The notes under the pieces were generated by a model. The model was not told the DNA's origin. It worked only from the letters and a program-made list of their open reading frames with translations, and ran no database searches. Positions 1-9,783 of a stretch of 64,000 nt of DNA are shown here, piece after piece. Position numbers and translations under genes: made by a program. Origin of the DNA: an uncultured Desulfospira sp. (GTDB lineage Bacteria > Desulfobacterota > Desulfobacteria > Desulfobacterales > Desulfobacteraceae). Position 1 is the first letter of the stretch; every line of letters starts with the position of its first letter. The DNA is taken from positions 5,568,001 to 5,632,000 of the forward strand of contig OY760175.1 in the NCBI GenBank assembly GCA_963663165.1. Direction: 5' to 3'.

Positions 1-540
1 TCTGAAGGTACCAAAGGACCTATTGAATATGAATTTACCAAAAGACGAGTGGTACTTTCCAAAGGAAACACGCCTACAAAATCGGTGTGGCTGATCATGA
101 GGCGAACCCTTGGGAAATCCCCGGATTATAAATTTTTCCTTAGCAATGCCGGGGTTAGTGCCAGATTAAAGCTTTTTGTATGGCTTAGTGGTATTCGTTG
201 GGCAATTGAACAGTGTTTTGAGGAAACCAAGACTGAACTCGGCATGGATCATTATGAGGTCCGTAAATACCCAGGCTGGAATCATCATATAATAACGTGC
301 ATGCTTGCACATTTTTTCTTGTGGCACCTGAAAATCAGGATGGGAAAAAAAAGCTCCATCCATTACAGTGTCGCAGCTTAGAATACTAATGGAGGTGGTT
401 TTGCCATTGAGACCTTGTCGTTTTCATACCGTTATGCAATCGGTTTTGTATTACCAAAGGCGCAATCACGCTGCATATCTATCGCATCGAAAAAGGAGGC
501 TTCTTGATAGAAAGAATACGCACTAAGTTACGTTGTAGGG
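1..540 (+). mobile_element. IS701-family element, right part (copy 1, truncated by window edge)
   Basis: Sequence matches 18439-18978; ends in terminal IR GTTACGTTGTAGGG; encodes transposase C-terminus (RWAIEQCFEETKTELGMDHYEVR). Confidence 0.9.
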
Positions 541-645
541 TTATGTAGCGTGTTTGATTATGTTGTGAGTTTTATTCATTTTTATTCAAAAAGATTTTTC
601 AAATCTTTCATTTTATTCGTATAATTCCAAATCATATGCATAGAA

Positions 646-673
646 AAAGCCCGGAGTAGCCCCTCCGGGCTTT
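646..673 (+). promoter_or_regulatory. Conserved stem-loop upstream of the accessory gene pair
   Basis: AAAGCCCGGAG-TAGCCC-CTCCGGGCTTT (11-bp stem); analogous hairpin at 15760-15790 on minus strand. Confidence 0.6.
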
Positions 674-768
674 GATTGTGAACTCCCGTCGATAGCCGGA
701 GAAGCCCACACACACAGTTATATTTCTATATCATTTTCCGGTTATCTGCAATACCGGAAAAATCTAAA

Positions 769-1155
769 ATGCTTTTAATTCCAAATACATGCCGATGGTG
801 CCATTTCGTATTTTTTGTTTGCAGGTTCTGCTGGAGAGGGCAGGCCTATTGTTGCAGGGACTGCCGTAAGGCCGGAATCCTCAGAAACAAAAGAGAAGCA
901 CAGCGACGATACCGCCAGACCGAGAAGGGGAAAAGACGGCATCGGGAAGCCGAGAACCGGCGTCGGCATCGAAAAAAAATTCAAGAGACAAAAAACATGG
1001 ATGATACAGCTTCCACAGTGCTGCCTGCTTGGTGTAGGACAATAATATTGTGGATTTTGTTTCAGATTCAGGGCCTTCCAATCAAACCATATTGTCAGTT
1101 CTGCGGCTCTTCAGGTCAAGTCGTCACACAATTTCCCCGGCGGGGATATGGATAA
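769..1155 (+). CDS. Cys-rich putative Zn-binding protein (RIT accessory gene 1)
   Basis: CxxC..CxxCWRGQxYCCxxC, basic helix, CxFCG..FPRRGYG; homolog at 15221-15691. Confidence 0.8.
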   Translation: MLLIPNTCRWCHFVFFVCRFCWRGQAYCCRDCRKAGILRNKREAQRRYRQTEKGKRRHREAENRRRHRKKIQETKNMDDTASTVLPAWCRTIILWILFQIQGLPIKPYCQFCGSSGQVVTQFPRRGYG

Positions 1156-1177
1156 ACGTAAAAACTGGAGGCGCGGC

Positions 1178-1588
1178 ATGGTAAAAAAAGAAATCCTGAA
1201 CCCTTCAAGGGTGCGTTGTATCAAAGGAGGATTTAGTTTTATCCCCCATCGGTTTCTTACGGGTGGATTTTTGCGAGCATTAAGCCGGGACGAGTTGTTA
1301 TTGTATTTTTTCCTGGTTCTGGCCGGTGACCGCAACGGATTAAGTTTTTACAGTTATGATAAAATATGCACCCTGCTAAAAATGCAACTGGACCAGTACA
1401 TTGAAGCTCGGGATGGATTGATGGAAAATGATCTGATTGCCTTTGACGGCACCATTTACCAGGTGCTTTCCTTACCGGCCAACCTTATACAATCTGCTGT
1501 ACAAAAAAAATCTTCCCTGAACAGCCGTCAACCTGAATCAGTTGGAAAAATTTTGAGCAAACTGGTTATGGAGGCCGATCATGGTTGA
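1178..1588 (+). CDS. Putative winged-helix/HTH protein (RIT accessory gene 2)
   Basis: GGAGG RBS before ATG 1178; homolog at 14836-15258; overlaps the first recombinase start. Fold is inferred. Confidence 0.75.
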   Translation: MVKKEILNPSRVRCIKGGFSFIPHRFLTGGFLRALSRDELLLYFFLVLAGDRNGLSFYSYDKICTLLKMQLDQYIEARDGLMENDLIAFDGTIYQVLSLPANLIQSAVQKKSSLNSRQPESVGKILSKLVMEADHG

Positions 1589-2498
1589 GCAGACACCCAA
1601 AAGTCCGCCCGGTTATGATCTGGATCAGATCCGCCGGGATTATCTGGACCATATGCTTAAAATCAAGGAAAGCTCTCCTTCTCAAACCTGTTGCAGGACC
1701 AAAATTATCAAAGCGTTTGACAGTTATCTGCAAACATCGGGAGTCTCACTGGTCAATATAAACATAGGGCATGTTGATGATTTTCTGGCAAGGTTCAATG
1801 CCCCATATGCAAAGAGTACCCAGGGGGTATACCGTTCCTGTTTTCGAGGCTTTTTGCACTACCTGTATAATGAACGGCATTTGATCCAACAGAATTTAGC
1901 CCCGCTTGTGACCGGTCCGCCAATGTTTGCTCAAGTCAAGCCTCCTAAATTTTTAAGACCCGGTGAAGTCCGTCAGTTATTTGATCATTTGCCCTGTGCA
2001 ACATCCAAAGAGCTTCGTGTCTATGCACAGGTTCACCTGGCTTATTATCTTGGATTGCGCCCCATTGAAATCAGCCGCCTTACTCTGGACGATATCTGTT
2101 TTGCCAAAGGACTGCTAAACCTGGAAAACACAAAAAATGCAAAGCCCCTTCAATTGCCCATTCCCGATGAAGTTATCAAAGCAATCACCGCTTATATCGT
2201 TGGAGGCAGGCCTAAAAGTCAGTCTCGCTCTCTTTTTTTAACCAGCCATTGCCCACCTTACAGAGCTGTAAGTGCCTGGCTCACCAGGCACGATTTAACA
2301 AAGGCGTTGCGGGCTGCCGGTCTTCCCGGTACAGGATATTGGCTGCGCCACACCTTTGCACAAAACATGCTGGAAGCAGGTGCCGGCATTTTTGAAATCA
2401 AAGAAATGATGGGGCATTCCATCATTGATTCCACAAAAGTATATCTAAGTATCCACAAGGAATTGATGCGCCGGGTGTTGTTCGATGAAACCGTTTAA
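1581..2498 (+). CDS. Tyrosine recombinase (RitA-like)
   Basis: GLRP, LRH, GHS and Tyr motifs. Confidence 0.9.
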   Translation: MVEQTPKSPPGYDLDQIRRDYLDHMLKIKESSPSQTCCRTKIIKAFDSYLQTSGVSLVNINIGHVDDFLARFNAPYAKSTQGVYRSCFRGFLHYLYNERHLIQQNLAPLVTGPPMFAQVKPPKFLRPGEVRQLFDHLPCATSKELRVYAQVHLAYYLGLRPIEISRLTLDDICFAKGLLNLENTKNAKPLQLPIPDEVIKAITAYIVGGRPKSQSRSLFLTSHCPPYRAVSAWLTRHDLTKALRAAGLPGTGYWLRHTFAQNMLEAGAGIFEIKEMMGHSIIDSTKVYLSIHKELMRRVLFDETV

Positions 2499-3459
2499 AA
2501 GCTTTTTGGCCACAGAGATGGAAAACTTTATTGTTTACCGGCAAGGACTGGGATACAGTTGCCATATGCTCCGGTGGGCCTTGCTTACCTTTGACGATTT
2601 TTTAATGAGGCAGCCGGATCTCTCAGACATTTGGATGCCCCATTTTTATATCACCTTTAAAAATGAGATTGGCCTTGAGCCCTCCGGCGTAGCCAGCATT
2701 CTAAATGTAGTTCGAGGCTTTTTTGATTATCTGAAACGGCAGCGGATAAATCTTGATAACCCTTTGAAAGATGTGACCGCTCCGGCCCGGCGCACCTTCA
2801 TCCCCTTTATATTCTCACCGGAGCAGGTAGAAATGTTACTGGGGGTGGTATGCGGACGGATCCGGCAAACCCCTATGCGGTTCCTTAAAGATTACAGTGA
2901 ATATCTGGTGATCCTTCTGCTTGCCCGCTGTGGGCTGAGGATGAATGAACCCTTGCGCCTGAGATTGAAAAATTACCGGCCGGATGAAAAGACGATTTAC
3001 ATAGAGAAAACCAAGTTCAAAAAGGACCGTCTTATCCCTATTCCAAAATCAACTGCCATGCAGATTGACAACTATCTTTTAACCAGGGCCGCTTTAATTG
3101 AAAACGATATGAATCCCTACCTGTTCATGGGGATAGGGGAAAACGGCTTGAACGATAACCGTATTCGCTCTGTTTTTCACGATGCTGTGCGTCAAATCGG
3201 GATCCGCCGCCCAAGGAAAATTATCGGCGACACGACCTTTGGGAAGCCCACTCCGCACTGTTTACGGCACTCTTTTGCCATTAACACCTTGAAGGCAGCC
3301 ATTGCCCGGAAACAATCACCCCGGAATGTGCTGCCGGTGCTTGCCGGCTATATGGGTCATGTTGAGTATAAATACACCATGGAATATTTGAAAGCAGTTG
3401 ATGCTGAAAGCCGCGACAGCCTGTTCAAATTTACCACCGGCAGAAGGGATGAATCATGA
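2485..3459 (+). CDS. Tyrosine recombinase (RitB-like)
   Basis: CGLR, HCLRHSFA, YMGH, EYL motifs; overlaps neighbours. Confidence 0.9.
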   Translation: MKPFKSFLATEMENFIVYRQGLGYSCHMLRWALLTFDDFLMRQPDLSDIWMPHFYITFKNEIGLEPSGVASILNVVRGFFDYLKRQRINLDNPLKDVTAPARRTFIPFIFSPEQVEMLLGVVCGRIRQTPMRFLKDYSEYLVILLLARCGLRMNEPLRLRLKNYRPDEKTIYIEKTKFKKDRLIPIPKSTAMQIDNYLLTRAALIENDMNPYLFMGIGENGLNDNRIRSVFHDAVRQIGIRRPRKIIGDTTFGKPTPHCLRHSFAINTLKAAIARKQSPRNVLPVLAGYMGHVEYKYTMEYLKAVDAESRDSLFKFTTGRRDES

Positions 3460-4475
3460 ACCTGACCCGTTGCGTTGTTCAATTTTTTGACCAATACCTG
3501 CCTTATGTCAAAGGGTGCCGCCCCAATACGATCAAAAGTTACCGGGATACCATGCGCTTTTTTTTACCGTTTGCTGCCGAATACCACAGCGTAAAGGTCA
3601 GTTCGCTCAATCTGGAACATATCACGGTAGAATTAATTTTGCAGTTTCTCAATGAGCTTGAATCCAAACGGTCCAACACGGCTAAAACCCGGAACCAGCG
3701 CCTGGCCGTTTTAAAGTCTTTTGCCAAAATGATCCGTTTTATTTATCCCGAGCAACAAAAACTGACCAATGCGATCCTTGATATTCCCCGGAAACGAAGC
3801 CAACACAAGTTGATCGGATTTTTGTATCCCCAGGAGATCAATCAAATCCTTAATGCGGTCCAACTTAAAAGAAAGGACGGGTTCCGAGATTATACCCTTC
3901 TGTATCTATTATATGATACCGGTGCCAGGGCAACGGAAATCGCTACCCTTGAGATGGATTATTTTGATTATGAAAATCAAACTCTGGCGATTCTTGGGAA
4001 GGGTAACCGATATCGACAAGTTCAGTTGCTTGGGAAAACAGTAGAGCTTATGCATCAGTATATTGAAGAACATCGCAATACGCCAATCCATCCGTTTAAA
4101 AAAAGGCTGTTCATCAACCAAAGAGGAACAAGCTTGACCCGCCACGGTATCAACCGGATCTGTAAAAACTACCTTGAACAGGCTTTACCGGCAAAGCGGA
4201 CAGCGACCATGCACCCCGTCCATAGCTTCCGTCATTCGTGTGCCGTTCGAATGCTCTCAGAGGATCGGCCTTTATCTGAAATTAAGAATCGCTTGGGGCA
4301 TTCTAATGTCAAATCCACAATGGTTTACTTAAAGCTTGATCTAGGCCAGAAGCGACATTTACAAGAGAACTTCATCCAGTTCACCAAACAGCACCTGAAA
4401 TCTGATCCGAAAATTGAGGAGTTGATCCAGTGGGAAAACAAGCAAAACGTTCTTGAGTGGCTGGATAGTCTATAG
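3456..4475 (+). CDS. Tyrosine recombinase (RitC-like)
   Basis: TGAR, GKG, HSFRHS, LGH, VYL motifs. Confidence 0.9.
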   Translation: MNLTRCVVQFFDQYLPYVKGCRPNTIKSYRDTMRFFLPFAAEYHSVKVSSLNLEHITVELILQFLNELESKRSNTAKTRNQRLAVLKSFAKMIRFIYPEQQKLTNAILDIPRKRSQHKLIGFLYPQEINQILNAVQLKRKDGFRDYTLLYLLYDTGARATEIATLEMDYFDYENQTLAILGKGNRYRQVQLLGKTVELMHQYIEEHRNTPIHPFKKRLFINQRGTSLTRHGINRICKNYLEQALPAKRTATMHPVHSFRHSCAVRMLSEDRPLSEIKNRLGHSNVKSTMVYLKLDLGQKRHLQENFIQFTKQHLKSDPKIEELIQWENKQNVLEWLDSL

Positions 4476-4658
4476 ATCCTTACAGACTTCATCACCAGCA
4501 CTCCTCAGGGCAAACTGTAGCTGTTTATTATGTTTAGTGATTTGTTGCAAATTTGTCATACCCTTGATAACCAACTGTTTATTTGAACGATTTTGACTTA
4601 CGGCATTACGGCGCCCAAACCACGGTCAATCAAGGCTTCAGGACCGCTCGCAACATAA

Positions 4659-4746
4659 CTCCAATAAAATCAGAATACTGACTGCTTTCATCTTTAAAAC
4701 ACCAAGTCATAACAACAGAATTGTCAACAACAAAATCATTACCCAT
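4659..4746 (-). pseudogene. 5' fragment of PIN-domain (VapC-like) toxin interrupted by RIT copy 1
   Basis: Reads MGNDFVVDNSVVMTWCFKDE.. directly after the antitoxin stop codon; PIN N-terminal VVD motif. Confidence 0.7.
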
Positions 4747-4986
4747 TTATGCTCTTCCTTCGTCTATCATATCTCTAATTGAAAGGCCTTTAAGAGCATG
4801 TTTTTCACGAAATCTACGTAATTCAGCTATTACCTTTTTAGGCTCAGTCTTTTTTGAATGCATTGGTGGTTGTAGAACAGCCACTGGAATCCCGTGTTTT
4901 GTAATAGTAATTCGTTCTCCCTTAGATACTCTATCAAGTAGTTTTGGAAGATGTGTCTTGGCCTCATATGCACCAATTATTTCCAT
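4747..4986 (-). CDS. Phd/YefM-family antitoxin
   Basis: EAKTHLPKLLDRVSKGERITITKHGIPVA signature. Confidence 0.9.
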   Translation of the reverse strand: MEIIGAYEAKTHLPKLLDRVSKGERITITKHGIPVAVLQPPMHSKKTEPKKVIAELRRFREKHALKGLSIRDMIDEGRA

Positions 4987-5100
4987 TATGCTCCTCCTTA
5001 AAAATTTAGACTAGTTTAAAACTAGTCTAAATCAGAGTGGTGAATTTGTCAAGCCGGAGCTCATCTATCAATTTTGCATTATTGGGGATACGGTGCAATG

Positions 5101-7411
5101 ATCGGGTAGGTCGGGGGCTTTACAGCCCCTTTCCCCCCTCAGAACCGTACGTGACAGTTTCCCGTCATACGGCTCAAGCATTTCTAAGGCTGAGCCTTGC
5201 GGGGCCGCCCGGCTGTTTTCTCTTGCCAATGCTGAAATTTACAGTTATTTCATTACATATTTTCTCGGCCGCTGTGACAGGGATCACCTTTGGTTTCACC
5301 CGTCTTGCCCGGAAGTATTGTTGATGTTCCGGGTCAAAAGGATTTGCATCGCTTTTGATTTTGATGTGCCGTTGGATATGTATGCTGTGCGCTTTGATGA
5401 GTTCGGATGTTCTCGGGTTGCCGTTTTTATCTTTGACCACCGTTGAGAACCGCCCCGGTTTTGAGCCCTTTGACCAGTACGTCTTTTTCAACCATTGGAT
5501 GCTTTTATTCCGGTGACGTCGTTTCACCCATTGCCACGCTTCATTCCATATGTACCCGTCAACATAGCTGAAAGTTTTTGCTGAGACAACATGTTTGTGA
5601 TAGTTCGCCCAACCCCTTATTTTCATGTTAAGATCATGAATCAGAGCCTCGGCTTTCGATCCCCGGTGCTTCCTGAACGTCTCGTGGATTTTATCCATGA
5701 AGGCCTGCACATTTTTCCTGGATGGTTTAATGAGCAGTTTGCCGTCATACTTACGAACGTTTTGGCCCAGAAAATCGAATCCCCGGTCAATTCGGGTAAT
5801 CAGGGTCTTTTCTTCAGACAGGGATAGATCCCGTTCCGAGAGAAATCTGATTATGGCCGGTTTGACCTTGTCTTCAAGAAGTTCCCGGGTTGCACCGGTA
5901 ATAATGAAATCATCAGCATACCGGATGACGTTGATTTTGGAACTGATGTCCTTACCGTTGCGTCTGTCCCTGACAGGGGCAACAGATCCGGCAGTCCCTT
6001 CAATGCCGTCCAGAACCATGTTGGCCAGTGTGGGAGAGGCAATGCCGCCTTGCGGTGTTCCCCGGCCTGTTGGAAAGAATTTACCGTCCTCCATAAACCC
6101 GGAAGCCAGCCATTTGGTAAGGATCATCTTATCCATAGGGATATGGTCGATCATCCAGTCATGGCTGATTTCATCAAAGCAGGCTTTAATATCCGCTTCA
6201 AGTATCCAGACCGGCGAGGTTTTCTTGGCCAGTGTATTAAAGCATTGGGATATGGCGTCCGCACATCGCCTGTATGACCTGAATCCGTATGAATTGTGGT
6301 CGGCCAGTGTTTCTGCTATCGGCTCCAATGCCAGTTTATACAATGCCTGAACAGCCCTGTCGATCATTGTGGGAATACTTAACGGACGTTTCTTGCCGTT
6401 CTTTTTGGGAATATAGATCCGCCTGAGCGGTGATGGCTGGTATCCTCTCCGTTTGAGGTTGCCTGCTGCCTGGAATTTCTGCCTGGCGGTTTTCCAGGTG
6501 ACGTTGTCGACACCCGGAGTGCGTTTCCCTTTATTGGAGGTCACGCGTTTTACAGCTAACAGCTTTGCCTGGTAAGAGTGGGTCAGAAGCCACTGGAGGG
6601 CCTTGGCCCGTCTGTATCTTCCTTCTTTCACAGCCTTTGCGATACGCATTTGCAGTCTTTTAACAGCTTCATAAATGGCTTTCCAATGAATGGACTTCCA
6701 ATTCCTGAAACTGCCGATGGGCGCACCAGCTGTTGCCGTCATTTGCCTTCCCATCTTCAAAGATTCTCCAGACTATCTCGCAAAGAAACACCTGCCCGGG
6801 TGTGCCTGTAGTCACACCCGCCGGACGTCAGCTCCCTTTCGGGCCGGATAATGTTGAAGGTCAGTAGATCCATCTCAATCCGTATCCACCTCATTACAAG
6901 ACGGCATTCGCTTCTTCCTGCATCTTATTCCCGCACCCCCATCAGTGTGCCTTGCGGTTTCACCTGCCGAATGTTCCCGGCGAAGATACGGGGTTTCCAC
7001 GTTCCGCATTATTGCCAATTAGTGGATGACTTAGGTCCGCCCTCTGCACCGGCGGCGCAACATCTCACGCGGCAGTTGAGAAACCTGCATCCTGACCGCT
7101 CACCTTTTGGTCCCAGCTTACCAGCCTCTTTAGCTTGTTCTCCCTGACGGTACTTACGGAACATTCAACTACTTTGACCATATCATCCAAACCCTTGCCC
7201 TCACCCGGAATGAGGCTTCCAGGAGGGTATCCGCCTCACGGCTTCCACCCCTTCCGCAGTTGCGGAATTCGGTACGTTGTCGGTTGGGCTTCACACCGTT
7301 GCCGGATGCACCGACCACCGCATGCCACCTAGGGTACCGGCAGGAGAATGCCGGGTTTGGTCAGGACCGACTGGCCCGCCAAACAGCCAATAATGCGACT
7401 TCGTGTCGCAC
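5101..7411 (-). mobile_element. Group II intron, full length (2311 nt)
   Basis: 5' GTGCG at 7411; domain V GAGCCGTATGACGGGAAACTGTCACGTACGGTTC; domain VI ending CCCGAT at 5101; internal RT ORF. Confidence 0.95.
5174..6760 (-). CDS. ltrA: Group II intron reverse transcriptase/maturase, no evident HNH endonuclease domain
   Basis: TPGVD, GTPQGG, RYADD, GFDFLG motifs plus X domain. Confidence 0.93.
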   Translation of the reverse strand: MKMGRQMTATAGAPIGSFRNWKSIHWKAIYEAVKRLQMRIAKAVKEGRYRRAKALQWLLTHSYQAKLLAVKRVTSNKGKRTPGVDNVTWKTARQKFQAAGNLKRRGYQPSPLRRIYIPKKNGKKRPLSIPTMIDRAVQALYKLALEPIAETLADHNSYGFRSYRRCADAISQCFNTLAKKTSPVWILEADIKACFDEISHDWMIDHIPMDKMILTKWLASGFMEDGKFFPTGRGTPQGGIASPTLANMVLDGIEGTAGSVAPVRDRRNGKDISSKINVIRYADDFIITGATRELLEDKVKPAIIRFLSERDLSLSEEKTLITRIDRGFDFLGQNVRKYDGKLLIKPSRKNVQAFMDKIHETFRKHRGSKAEALIHDLNMKIRGWANYHKHVVSAKTFSYVDGYIWNEAWQWVKRRHRNKSIQWLKKTYWSKGSKPGRFSTVVKDKNGNPRTSELIKAHSIHIQRHIKIKSDANPFDPEHQQYFRARRVKPKVIPVTAAEKICNEITVNFSIGKRKQPGGPARLSLRNA

Positions 7412-7539
7412 CCTAACGGGGAGCTCAGCCGCCCGGAGACTATAACCGAGGACTTCCCCAAAATTAAATTCTTTTCAGAAACCGAGGTTTTTCGAAAAGC
7501 CGCTATCTCTCCGGGTCGGCCTGCAGCGTTTTGTTAGCC
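7412..7539 (-). repeat. attC site (intron inserted in R')
   Basis: CCTAAC...GTTAGCC palindrome. Confidence 0.9.
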
Positions 7540-7541
7540 TT

Positions 7542-7856
7542 TTATAAATTAAGTGCAAATTCAATAGCTTTTCCAACCTGCCCCATTTTTCTTTTGGACA
7601 GCGAAGTAATTAATGCGCCAATTTTCCCTTTTGAAACAGTTTGTATATGATCACAGTTTACAGCACAGTCATTTTTCATAAAATTTTCAATTTTAGAAAG
7701 AAATACTTCTGATGGAATGTCTCTTATCGTACTCGTAATAGGGGCTACAGTAACTTCGCCAAGATACTCTATTATTGAGTCACGGGTTAGAATTAAGACA
7801 GGTCTCTTTTTGTCCGGTTTCGCAAATTTATACCAACGTATTTCACCACGCTTCAT
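7542..7856 (-). CDS. MazF/PemK-family toxin
   Basis: MKRGEI..KKRPVLIL..VAPITS motifs. Confidence 0.9.
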   Translation of the reverse strand: MKRGEIRWYKFAKPDKKRPVLILTRDSIIEYLGEVTVAPITSTIRDIPSEVFLSKIENFMKNDCAVNCDHIQTVSKGKIGALITSLSKRKMGQVGKAIEFALNL

Positions 7857-8086
7857 TAGTCGCACCAAGCCTGCTCGTCTTCCCATTCAATGAATTCATC
7901 AGGTGTTACAGGATGACGTAGATATCCCTCTTTATGTTTAAGCTCCAACTGCTCAAGTTTATAATTTTTGATAGCATCGCGTAAGGCCTTTCTTGTAAAA
8001 GCTGAGCGGTTGGTGCTAAGCGCTTTAGATATCTGATCGACAGTTGCAACGAGATCTTCGTCAAGTGTCATTTGTATGGTTTTCAT
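7856..8086 (-). CDS. Ribbon-helix-helix antitoxin
   Basis: MKTIQMTLDEDL..NRSAFTRKAL; coupled to the toxin; the longer ORF call runs through an attC. Confidence 0.85.
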   Translation of the reverse strand: MKTIQMTLDEDLVATVDQISKALSTNRSAFTRKALRDAIKNYKLEQLELKHKEGYLRHPVTPDEFIEWEDEQAWCD

Positions 8087-8175
8087 AATCGCTCCATATT
8101 TTATGTTGATCTTTATAGCTATAATAACCCACACAAGAACAGGCGTCAAGAAATCAGGATGAGTTTGGTTCTGCA

Positions 8176-8306
8176 CGCTAACGGGGAGCTGAGGGGCCAG
8201 GCTTTTTAAACCCAAAAACTCCCGATAAAAAGATAAATTTTCCTGAACCAGGCACTCCCGAAAGGCCGAGTAGTAAGCCTGGTCCCTCTCCAGCGTTTTG
8301 TTCGGC
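8176..8306 (-). repeat. attC site
   Basis: CGCTAAC...GTTCGGC. Confidence 0.9.
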
Positions 8307-8312
8307 CTCGTT

Positions 8313-8756
8313 TCACTCCTCCCATGTAGGGTATTGTTGTGGTGCTGGACCAATACTTTCTATCAGCTGGGGATATTCAATTTCTTTATCTGGTGATTTT
8401 GGCTTTTTTCTTGATTTAGTAATTTTAAAAATCCAATCATCACCAAAATCAAAATGGTAAAATAACTTTAACCCTTTGGGCAAAGGATAGATCTCATTGA
8501 GTGTCATTTGATGATAATTATCAGTTGCTTTTTCGTAATCAAAATCCCAAGCATCTTCTGGAAATAAGGGTTTTCTGTTTCTGAAATGTCTTCCTGTAAA
8601 AAACTCAAATAGGTGATCATTTTCAAATTTGACTGATTTTTGGATAATCAAATGTAAATCATAAAGAGTTGATTCTTCGTCTATTTCAATCATGCGAACA
8701 CAGTCTTCCTCAAGATATCTTCCCCACTCACATTCAATTTTAAGTGTCCAAATCAT
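8313..8756 (-). CDS. pRiA4b ORF-3-like protein
   Basis: TLYDLHLIIQ, HLFEF, YHFDFGDDW motifs. Confidence 0.75.
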   Translation of the reverse strand: MIWTLKIECEWGRYLEEDCVRMIEIDEESTLYDLHLIIQKSVKFENDHLFEFFTGRHFRNRKPLFPEDAWDFDYEKATDNYHQMTLNEIYPLPKGLKLFYHFDFGDDWIFKITKSRKKPKSPDKEIEYPQLIESIGPAPQQYPTWEE

Positions 8757-8788
8757 CTTTTCTGCCTTTAAAGGTATTGTTAAATGGG

Positions 8789-9783
8789 ATCGGGTAGCCG
8801 GGGGTAGTTATCTACCCCAGGCCCCCTCAGAACCGTACGTGACAGTTTCCCGTCATACGGCTCAAGCATTTCTAAGGCTAAGCCTTGCGGGGCCGCCCGG
8901 TTGTTTTAGCAATAATGAAATTTACAGTTATTTCATAGCATATATCCTTGAGCATCTGCCCGGAAAGTATTTTTCTTTTTCCGGGTCAAAAGAGAACATC
9001 CTTTTGAAAGATGCCTCTGGCGTGTATGCTGTGTGCTACTTTAACAACCTTTGCGATACGCATCTACAGTCTTTTAACAGAATAAATCTGCAGATGGGCG
9101 CACCAGCTATTGCCGTCATTTGCTTTCCCATCTTCAAAGATTCTCCAGACTCTCTCGCAAAGAAACACCTGCCCGGGTGTGCCTGTAGCCACACCCGCCG
9201 GAGGTCAGCTCCCTTTCGGGCCGGATAATGTTGGGATGTTCTCCTCAATCCGTATCCACCTCATTACAAGATGGCCTTCGCTTTTTCCTGCATCTTACTC
9301 CCGCACCTCCATCAGTGTGCCTTACGGTTTCACCTGCCGAATACTCCCGGCGAAGATACGGGGTTTCCACGTTCCACACTATTGCCAATTAGTGGATGAC
9401 TTAGGCCTGCCCTCTGCACCGGCGGCGCAACATCTCCGTGCAGGCAGTTAGGAAACCGGCAGCCTGACCGCTCACCTTTTGGTCCAAGCTTACCAGCCTC
9501 TTTAGCTTGTTCTCCCTGACGGTACTTACGGAACATTCAATTAATTTGACCATATCATCCAAACCCTTGCCCTCACCCGGATTGAGGCTTCCAGGAGGGT
9601 ATCTGCCTCACAGCTTCCACCCCTTCCGCAGTTGCGGAATTCGGTACGTTGTCGGTTGGGCTTCACACCGTTGCCGGATGCACCGACAACCGCATGCCAC
9701 CTAGGGTACCGGCAGGAGAATGCCGGGTTTGGTCAGGACCGACTGGCCCGCCAAACAGCCAATAATGCGACTTCGTGTCGCAC
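8789..9783 (-). mobile_element. ORF-less (internally deleted) group II intron, 995 nt
   Basis: Same 5' GTGCGACACG, domain V and CCCGAT 3' end as 5101-7411; only scraps of the RT ORF remain. Confidence 0.9.

Larger units (their letters stand above)
541..4658 (+). mobile_element. RIT-type element copy 1 (two accessory genes + three tyrosine recombinases), 4118 bp
   Basis: Terminal IRs TTATGTAGCG / CGCAACATAA; near-identical copy at 20389-24506 defines the ends. Confidence 0.9.

Noticed and set aside
1581..4475. RIT recombinases as the integron integrase
   Set aside because: They are a trio within their own inverted repeats, inserted into cassettes, and no IntI-specific features are recognisable.
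5174..6760. RT plus DUF1566 genes as a diversity-generating retroelement or retron
   Set aside because: The RT lies inside complete group II intron ends; I found no template/variable repeat pair differing at adenines and no accessory gene.
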